This document shows, piece by piece, positions 27,799 to 41,269 of a stretch of DNA of 64,000 bases. Positions within the stretch are counted from its first letter, which is position 1. The number at the start of each line of letters is the position of its first letter. The position numbers and the translations under genes are program-made. Below the pieces are notes generated by a model that saw only the letters and a program-made list of their open reading frames with translations, was not told the origin of the DNA and did no database searches. Origin of the DNA: an uncultured Chloroflexia bacterium (GTDB lineage: Bacteria; Chloroflexota; Limnocylindria; Limnocylindrales; CSP1-4); assembly GCA_963712735.1 (NCBI GenBank), contig CAVQIZ010000002.1, forward strand, positions 588,387 through 652,386, in the 5' to 3' direction.

Positions 27799-28047
27799 CT
27801 AGCGACGAGAGCGCAGGTCCTGCAGAAGCAGGGGGCGCAACTCGATGATCTTCAGAGCGGTCTTGCTGCGTGCGACGACGGGGTTCACACACGGACAGTA
27901 GCCGTTGTGAACACATTCGCCACAGTTGCCATCGCAGTCCAGCCAGGCAGCGTAGCTGCAGTTCCTGCAGTCACGTTCACAAGCGATCAGGTCGGTGAAC
28001 GACTGGTCTCCGATCTCGGCTTCGGGCTCAACCGAAAACGGCTTCAC
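27799..28047 (-). CDS. Hypothetical 82-aa cysteine-rich protein (two CX3CX2C units plus CPC), family not recognised
   Basis: GTG 28047 with GGGAGAGAG about 10 nt upstream; TAG at 27799-27801, 21 nt before the prfB ATG. Codon third positions look coding-like. MKPFSVEPEAEIGDQSFTDLIACERDCRNCSYAAWLDCDGNCGECVHNGYCPCVNPVV... Confidence 0.55.
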   Translation of the reverse strand: MKPFSVEPEAEIGDQSFTDLIACERDCRNCSYAAWLDCDGNCGECVHNGYCPCVNPVVARSKTALKIIELRPLLLQDLRSRR

Positions 28048-28247
28048 GGATGTCTCTCTCCCTCATCGGTCCGTTAGCAAGGGCACGTTTCCCTGTCGCG
28101 GACCGCATATAGACGACGCCGGCGGGTGGCCGCCGGCGTTTCGCCCAAGTGTACAGAGACAAGTCGCCCGAGCACAAGGGGTGAGCGAAGATTCTCGTGA
28201 ACGCCGAAGCGGCACCATCGCGGAAGGGCCCAGCCTCGCCTGAGCCC

Positions 28248-28253
28248 TATACT
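28248..28253 (+). promoter_or_regulatory. Candidate -10 hexamer TATACT only 10 nt upstream of the secA ATG (near-leaderless mRNA)
   Basis: CTATACTTCCAACA at 28247-28260; ATG at 28264. No clear -35. Confidence 0.3.
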
Positions 28254-28263
28254 TCCAACACTC

Positions 28264-31200
28264 ATGCGCAAATTCATCTCTCGCCTCGTCGGCACCTCCG
28301 AAGAATCCAACCTCAGGCCGCTCCAGCCCCTCGTCGACCAGATCAACGAGCTCGAGTCCCACTACGCCGAGCTCAGCGACGATCAGATCAGGGCCGAGAT
28401 GGCCGATGTCCGGGATGAGGTGCGCAAGGCCGCACCCGCCACGGAGCCCTCCGACGAGGAGCACCACACCACGGACAGTGAGCGCCGCGCCGAGCTGCGC
28501 AAGGCGCGCGAGAAGGCCGACTCGGCGCGCATGCAGCAGGCGCTCGACGACGTGCTGCCCGACGTCTTCGCTGCCGCGCGGGAGGTCAGCCGGCGCAAGC
28601 TGGACGATGCGCCCCTTCGACGTCCAGCTGCTGGGCGCCATCGTGCTGCACCAGGGCAAGATCGCCGAGATGAAGACGGGCGAGGGCAAGACCCTCGTGG
28701 CGCCACTGGCTGCCGCGCTCAACGCCATGTCCGGCTGGGGCGTCCACATCGTCACGGTCAACGACTACCTGGCCAAGCGCGACCCGCAGTGGATGGGGCC
28801 CATCTTCCACGGCCTGGGGCTGTCCGTCGGCATCGTCCAGCACGACAGCGCCTTCATCTACGACCCCGACTACCCCGTCACGGACGAGAAGCTGCTGCAC
28901 CTGCGTCCGGTCGATCGTCGTGACGCCTACCTGGCTGACGTGACCTATGCCACCAACAACGAGCTCGGCTTCGACTACCTGCGCGACAACATGGTCCAGG
29001 AGCTCGCCGAGCGCGTGCAGCGCAAGCGCTACTACGCCATCGTCGACGAGGTCGACAACATCCTCATCGACGAGGCGCGCACGCCGCTCATCATCAGCGG
29101 CGCTGCCGGCGAGTCGGGTGACCTGTACAAGGTCTTCGCGCGGCTGGTCCCTCGGCTGGAGCCGCGTCCCGAGGGTGCCGAGGAGGGCGGCGACTACTTC
29201 GTCGACCTCAAGGAGCACGCTGTCTCGGCCACCGAGGAGGGTGTGGCCAAGATCGAGAAGCTGCTCGGCATCCGCGACCTCTACGGCGTGGAGACGGACC
29301 CCCGGCTGCCGCGCCACTTCGAGCAGTCGCTGCGTGCGCACGCGCTCTACAAGCGTGACCGCGACTACATCGTCAAGGACGACGAGATCGTCATCGTCGA
29401 CGAGTTCACCGGTCGCCAGATGCCCGGCCGGCGCTGGTCGGAGGGTCTGCACCAGGCCATCGAGGCCAAGGAGGGCGTGCGCGTCCAGCGCGAGTCCATG
29501 ACCATGGCCACGGTCACCTTCCAGAACTACTTCCGCATCTACGACAAGCTCGCCGGCATGACCGGTACGGCCATGACCGAGCAGGAGGAGTTCTACAAGA
29601 TCTACGGCCTCGAGGTCATGGCCATCCCGACCCACCTGCCGATGATCCGCGAGGACTTCGCCGACCTGGTCTTCCGCGACGAGGAGGCCAAGTTCAACGC
29701 GGTCATCGAGGAGATCGCGGAGCAGCAGGCGGCCGGCCGGCCGGTGCTCGTCGGCACCACCTCGGTGGAGAAGAGCGAACAGCTCTCCGACGCGCTCAAG
29801 CGGCGCGGCATCAAGCACGAGGTGCTCAACGCCAAGTTCCACGAGAAGGAAGCGCCCATCGTCGCGCAGGCCGGTCGCACCGGCGCCGTGACCATCGCCA
29901 CCAACATGGCCGGCCGCGGTACGGACATCAAGCTCGGCGGTGACCCCGCCGGCCTGACCTCGCAGAAGCTGCACGCCCGCGGCCTCAACCCCGCCGAGGT
30001 GGAGCCGGAACTCTACGCAGAGGTCTTCGCCGAGGCCAAGGCCGAGTGTGACGAGGATCACGAACGCGTCGTGGCCGCCGGAGGCCTGCACATCATCGGC
30101 ACCGAGCGCCACGACGCCCGCCGCATCGACAACCAGCTTCGCGGCCGCTCCGGTCGCCAGGGTGACCCCGGCTCGTCGCGCTATTTCCTCTCGCTGGAGG
30201 ATGCGCTGCTGAAGCGCTTCGCCAACGATCGCGTGACCGCGTTGATGGAGCGGATGGGCCTCGAGGGCGATGTCGCCATCGAGTCGCGCATGGTCTCCAA
30301 GACCGTGGAGAACGCGCAGTCCCGCGTCGAGGGCTACAACTTCGACATGCGCAAGCGCATCGTCGAGTACGACGACGTCATCAACAAGCAGCGCGAGCGC
30401 ATCTACGAGGAACGCGACAAGGTCCTGCACAACGAGGACCTCAGCGAGACGGTGCTGGCGTTCGTCGACCAGGAGCTGGCCGGCGTCATCGACGCCCACG
30501 TCGGCGAGGTCGAGGCGGACTGGGACCTCGACGGCCTCTCCGAGTCCCTTGGCGCGCTGGGGCTCGATGGCGACGAGTTCTCTGCCGACCGGCTCGACGA
30601 GCTCGACAGCCGGCAGGACATCGTCGAGTACATCTCCGACCAGGCAGCGGCCCGGCTCGACCAGCGCGAACAGGAGTACGGCGAGGAGACCTGGGCGCTG
30701 GTCGAGCGCGCGGTGCTGCTGCGCGCCATCGATACGCTCTGGGTCGAGCACCTCACCGAGCTTGAGGACTTCCGCAAGGGGCGTAGGCCTGCGCGGCTAC
30801 GGAGGCCGCGATCCGCTGATCGAGTTCAAGCGCGAGGCCTTCAGCCTCTACGACGAGCTGCGTGGCTTCATCCAGCACCAGGTGGCCTCCACCATCTTCC
30901 GCGTCAGCGTGCAGCAGCGTGAGGCGGCACCGGCCCAGGAGCCCACCTCCATGCCGACGCTCTCTCCTGAGCAGCTGGCCAAGCTCAAGTCGGGCAACGG
31001 CGGCAGCCAGCCGGCCGCGGCGGCGGGGCGTTCCCCGGGCACCATCACCCCCGCGGTCTCATCGGGAGGCAGCGCCACCACCACCAGCGGCGCCGCGGTG
31101 ACGGCACAGCTCATCCCCGGCCTGCAGCCGCAGACGCCACGCAACGTGCAGCTGCAGAAGGGCGACGAGACCGTGCCAAGCGGTCCCGCGACGGCAGCTG

Positions 31201-31292
31201 GGCAGGCGCCGGGCGGCGAGAAGATCGGACGCAACGACCCCTGCTGGTGCGGCTCGGGGAAGAAGTTCAAGCGCTGCCACGGGGCAGCCTGA
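28264..31292 (+). pseudogene. secA: Preprotein translocase ATPase SecA, reading frame broken by two single-base insertions (apparent pseudogene; more likely sequence errors)
   Basis: The N-terminus reads in the frame starting at 28264 (MRKFISRLVG...AAAREVSRRKL). The middle reads one base later from ~28607 (MRPFDVQLLGAIVLHQGKIAEMKTGEGKTLVA...IVDEVDNILIDEARTPLIISG...WVEHLTELEDFRKG). The C-terminus reads one further base later from 30783 (VGLRGYGGRDPLIEFKREAF...CWCGSGKKFKRCHG). Confidence 0.85.
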
Positions 31293-31309
31293 CACCCCGG
31301 GGAGCACTC

Positions 31310-31588
31310 CTAGCCGGGCAGGCTCCAGAGGTCTACCACGCCGTAGCCGATGACCAGCACCACGAGGGTGACGACGCTCATGACCACGATGGCCAGGACG
31401 GCGATGCGCGGATCGGTCTTCTCGACCTCGGGGTTCTCCAGCGGCGCCGCGTTCCAGCGGCGTGAGCGCAGCTCGTCGCGGTAGTCGTCACTGGAGCTCG
31501 AGCTTCGCTCGACCCCGCTGGTCGCTGCGGGTCGGGCCATCTGCGTTTCGGTGCTCGGCTTCGGCTCGCTGCCGGACAGCTCGGTCAT
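31310..31588 (-). CDS. Hypothetical small membrane protein (one C-terminal TM helix)
   Basis: 92-aa ORF whose ATG (31588) overlaps the prs TGA as ATGA. TM helix IAVLAIVVMSVVTLVVLVIGYGVV. Confidence 0.55.
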   Translation of the reverse strand: MTELSGSEPKPSTETQMARPAATSGVERSSSSSDDYRDELRSRRWNAAPLENPEVEKTDPRIAVLAIVVMSVVTLVVLVIGYGVVDLWSLPG

Positions 31589-32614
31589 TCCTCGTCCTCG
31601 TCTTCACCCCAGAGCAGCATCGCCTGGGTGCGCTGGATCTCCGAGGAGAATAGCGCGCCCACCGATTCGCCCCGGTGGATGCGCACGATGGCCTCCCCGA
31701 TGAGCGGCGCGACCGAGAGCACCTTGATCTTGTCGAGCTTGTTCGAAGGTGGCTGGGTGATGGTGTCGGTGATGACGATCTCGCGCAGGGCAGAGTCGCT
31801 GATGCGCTCGATGGCAGGGTGGCTGAGCACGCCGTGGGTGGCGCAACCGTAGATCTCCAGGGCGCCCTCGCGCTCGAGCGCCTTGCTCGTCTCGACCAGC
31901 GTGCCGCCGGTGTCGATCTCGTCGTCCACGATGATGGCGCGCTTGCCGCGCACCTCGCCGATGACGTTGATCGACCTGGGCGCGATCGTCGTTGCGCTCG
32001 CGTCGCTTCTCGATGATGGCCAGGGGTGCGCCCACCAGCTCGGCGAAGGTACGGGCGCGCTTGGCGTAGCCCAGGTCGGTCACCACGACCGCGTTCTCCA
32101 GCTCCTTCTGCTTCCAGTAGTTGGAGAGCATGTGGGTGGCGGTCAGCTCGTCGACGGGGATGTTGAAGAAGCCCTGGATCTGGCCCTGGTGCAGGTCCAT
32201 CGTCAGCAGCCGATCGGCACCGGCGACGCTGATCATGTCGGCGATGAGACGAGCCGTGATGGGTACCCGCGGCTGGTCCTTCTTGTCCGAGCGACCGTAG
32301 GAGTAGTAGGGCACGACGGCGGTGATGCGCCCGGCGCTGGCGCGCTTGAAGGCATCGATCATGATGAGCAGCTCCATGATCGACTTCTGGACCGGCTTGC
32401 AGGTGGGCTGCAGCAGGAAGATGTCCTTCTCGCGCACGTTGTCGACGATGCGCACGAAGATGTTCTCGTTGGCGAACTCGAACACCTCCGACGAGCCGAG
32501 CTCCACGCCCAGGTAGCGACTGATCTTGGCCGCCAGGCGGGGATTGGCGTTGCCGCAGTACAGCCCCAGCGCCTCGCTGGGACGCCGGGCGTCCGTCTCG
32601 CCGAAGGCCGTCAC
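31585..32614 (-). pseudogene. prs: Ribose-phosphate pyrophosphokinase, reading frame broken by one extra base near 31972 (apparent pseudogene; more likely sequence error)
   Basis: The upstream frame gives LGLYCGNANPRLAAKISRYLGVELG...RVPITARLIADMI...LAIIEKRRERNDDRAQV. The downstream frame gives INVIGEVRGKRAIIVDDEIDTGGTL (PRPP loop). Start is GTG 32614 (GGGAG upstream) or ATG 32659. Confidence 0.85.
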
Positions 32615-32636
32615 CTCACGGCTCCCACCCGCTCCG

Positions 32637-39018
<6,382 letters not shown>

Positions 39019-39020
39019 CG

Positions 39021-39863
39021 TCAGCGCACCTCCCCTTCGTGATCACTTCGCGGAGCCCGGTAGCGCTCGCGCGCAAGACGCAGGGGCTCGCCGGCGGACA
39101 AGCCGCTGCGCTCCAGCAACTCGGCCGTGATTGCCTGATACGCCAGAGCCCCGCGAGAGGCCGGGCTGTACTCGCTGATCGGTTGTCCGTAGCTGGGTGC
39201 CTCGGCGAGCCGGACGCTGCGTGGCACGACAGTCTCGAACACCTGTGCTCCCAGGTGGCGGCGAACCTCTGCGGTCACGTCGGCGGATAGACTCGTGCGT
39301 CCGTCGTGCATCGTCAGCACGACGCCCTTCAAGGTGAGCCGTGGGTTCAGGTGCTTGCGGATGAGCTCGACCGTCGCCATCAACTGGCCGAGGCCCTCGA
39401 GCGCGTAGTACTCGCACTGGAGCGGAATCAGCACGCTGTCGGCCGCCGTGAGTGCGTTCACGGTCAGCAGACCAAGCGAAGGCGGACAGTCGAGAAGCAC
39501 GAAGTCATAGGCCTCCCCTGCCCCGTCGAGTACGCGCTTCAGGCGACGTTCCCGTGCCTCACTGGGCACGAGTTCCACTTCCGCACCAGCCAGACCCCGG
39601 TTGGACGGTAGCGCATCAAGGCCGCCGATCGACGTCGCCTGGACGGCATCAGCGAGTACCGTATCGCCCAGGAGGACGTCGTAGACGGAGACACCGGTGG
39701 CCTCCTTGTCGATGCCCAGGCCACTTGTCGCATTACCTTGTGGATCCATGTCCACGAGCAGGACTCGCCTGCCGTCCAGCGCCAAGTACGAAGCGAGGCT
39801 GACCATGGTCGTGGTCTTCCCAACTCCGCCTTTCTGATTGGCGCAGGCGATGATTTCGCCCAC
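39021..39863 (-). CDS. parA: Chromosome partitioning ATPase ParA (Soj)
   Basis: IIACANQKGGVGKTTTMVSLASYLA (deviant Walker A)...LLDCPPSLG. GTG 39863 with GGAGG 5 nt upstream. Confidence 0.93.
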   Translation of the reverse strand: MGEIIACANQKGGVGKTTTMVSLASYLALDGRRVLLVDMDPQGNATSGLGIDKEATGVSVYDVLLGDTVLADAVQATSIGGLDALPSNRGLAGAEVELVPSEARERRLKRVLDGAGEAYDFVLLDCPPSLGLLTVNALTAADSVLIPLQCEYYALEGLGQLMATVELIRKHLNPRLTLKGVVLTMHDGRTSLSADVTAEVRRHLGAQVFETVVPRSVRLAEAPSYGQPISEYSPASRGALAYQAITAELLERSGLSAGEPLRLARERYRAPRSDHEGEVR

Positions 39864-40086
39864 CTAGCCTCCGCTTCCGTCGTTGCGCACTGCATCCGAT
39901 TCTACTGTGGCCACCGGGATGTTGCTTGGACGCACCACCCTCGAACCCCCGTTCCGGCAGGTCGAGCGCTGTGTTCCGTCGGCGTGACCCAGTATGAACT
40001 CGAGGTTCCGGTTGTTGCCCTACTCGCACCATGGCCCGGCCTTGCGTAGCCGTGGACTGTCGTCGAAGCGCCGGCGTCACACGCAC

Positions 40087-40102
40087 CGTTTCACGTGGAA
40101 CA
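40087..40102. promoter_or_regulatory. parS site (ParB binding)
   Basis: CGTTTCACGTGGAACA versus consensus TGTTTCACGTGAAACA (14/16). 224 bp upstream of parA. Confidence 0.8.
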
Positions 40103-40167
40103 GTTCGGCCGAAGGCACGCAGTGGCGACGCCTTCGCTCCTCCAGGGTCTCAGTACGCGTACCTCAA

Positions 40168-40183
40168 CGTTCCACGTGGAACA
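40168..40183. promoter_or_regulatory. parS site (ParB binding), perfect 14-bp palindrome
   Basis: CGTTCCACGTGGAACA; the core GTTCCACGTGGAAC is fully palindromic. 81 bp from the first site. Confidence 0.8.
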
Positions 40184-40629
40184 ACTACGCGCCGCTGCCA
40201 GTGATCGAGTTGAAGTCGCAATGTCAACTCGGGCCAGCAGCCCGAGGCAGTCTCTGAGCTGTTGGCGAGACAGGGGAGGGGAGTCCGAGGTCGCGTCGAG
40301 TACGGGAACGCCTGCGAGAGAGCCGGGGATGGACGAGCTCGGGATTGGCGGAATAGCGGGATGCCGGGCTGCGACATCACGATACGCTCCGCATCAACCT
40401 CTGCGAGCCTGCGTCGACATGCAGCGGGGCCGATCCGTGGCATGATACGCCCGACTTATCGGAGTTGGCTCGGATGACTCGGCCCGTAGCTGTGGACCGG
40501 GGCCCCGATCGATCGAGCCGCTCGTACCTTGGACACACGACGCCAGGACGGACCCAGACTGCGCGGCGTCCGCCCTGGTCTGACGCATCATCAGCTGTTC
40601 GAGCCCGCGTCTGTTCGTCGACCTCCGCA

Positions 40630-40665
40630 GGGGGCTGCTTGGAGGCCGGGGGCTGCTTGGAGGCC
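40630..40665. repeat. 18-bp perfect tandem duplication GGGGGCTGCTTGGAGGCC x2 (plus a partial third GGGC)
   Basis: Direct reading of 40630-40647 and 40648-40665. Non-coding, and abuts the TATACT at 40670-40675. Confidence 0.9.
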
Positions 40666-40669
40666 GGGC

Positions 40670-40675
40670 TATACT
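40670..40675 (+). promoter_or_regulatory. Candidate -10 hexamer TATACT upstream of mreD
   Basis: CTATACTCCAACA at 40669-40681, 87 nt upstream of the mreD ATG. Nearly identical to the secA upstream element. Confidence 0.3.
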
Positions 40676-40761
40676 CCAACAGCAGGTGGCGTCCCTACGC
40701 GAGGGGCGACTCGCTGGCGTCACCGCAGCCGTGGAAACCGAACTGTTATCGACCTACTCCG

Positions 40762-41265
40762 ATGAGCGTCTTGGCTCCTGCCGTGGGGGCCGTCCTCGCT
40801 GCCATCTTGGAGTCGAGCGTGCTGACCCATCTCCAGGTGGGCGGCGTCAAGCCCGACCTCGTGTTCGCTGTGGGCGTCGCCGTCGCGATGGGCCTTGGTT
40901 TCGAGAGTGGCATGACGTGGGCCTTCGTCGGAGGGGTCACGCTCGACCTCCTGCTACCCGGTCGCGCCCTCGGTTCCTCCGCTCTCACGCTCGTGCTTGT
41001 CACGGCGGCCGCCCTGGTCGTGGCTCGTGCCCTGTGGCCGCCACGACTGGCCTTCGTGGGGTTGACGGCCTTCGGGCTCACGTTCCCCTACCAGCTGGCG
41101 CTGCTGGCGCTGCTGGCGATCACCACCTCGGTCGCGTTCAGCGGCCTGCCGTTGCCGGAGCTCGTGCTCGCGGCGACTCTGAATGCTGTCATCGCCGTCA
41201 TCGCCGTGGTCGCGGTGCGGGCGCTCGACCTTCGCTTCGGCGAGCCAGAGAGATTGGCGTGGTGA
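40762..41265 (+). CDS. mreD: Rod shape-determining protein MreD (probable)
   Basis: 167-aa protein with multiple TM helices. MSVLAPAVGAVLAAILESSVLTHLQVGGVKPDLVFAVGVAVAM fits the MreD N-terminus. Directly precedes mrdA-rodA. The ORF track's upstream extension to 40465 is non-homologous. Confidence 0.65.
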   Translation: MSVLAPAVGAVLAAILESSVLTHLQVGGVKPDLVFAVGVAVAMGLGFESGMTWAFVGGVTLDLLLPGRALGSSALTLVLVTAAALVVARALWPPRLAFVGLTAFGLTFPYQLALLALLAITTSVAFSGLPLPELVLAATLNAVIAVIAVVAVRALDLRFGEPERLAW

Positions 41266-41269
41266 GCAG

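Noticed and set aside
28597-28612. Whether the five +1 frame breaks (secA x2, prs, antiporter, atpB) are programmed recoding like prfB.
   Set aside because: None has a slippery codon plus in-frame stop or an SD-like stimulator. In each case the original frame continues for tens of codons before a stop. The contexts share no motif beyond short homopolymers in three cases.
40597-40609. GTTCGAGCCCGCG resembling a tRNA T-loop in the parA-mreD gap.
   Set aside because: The 5 nt preceding it cannot pair with CCGCG to make a T-stem, and no acceptor or anticodon arms can be drawn around it.
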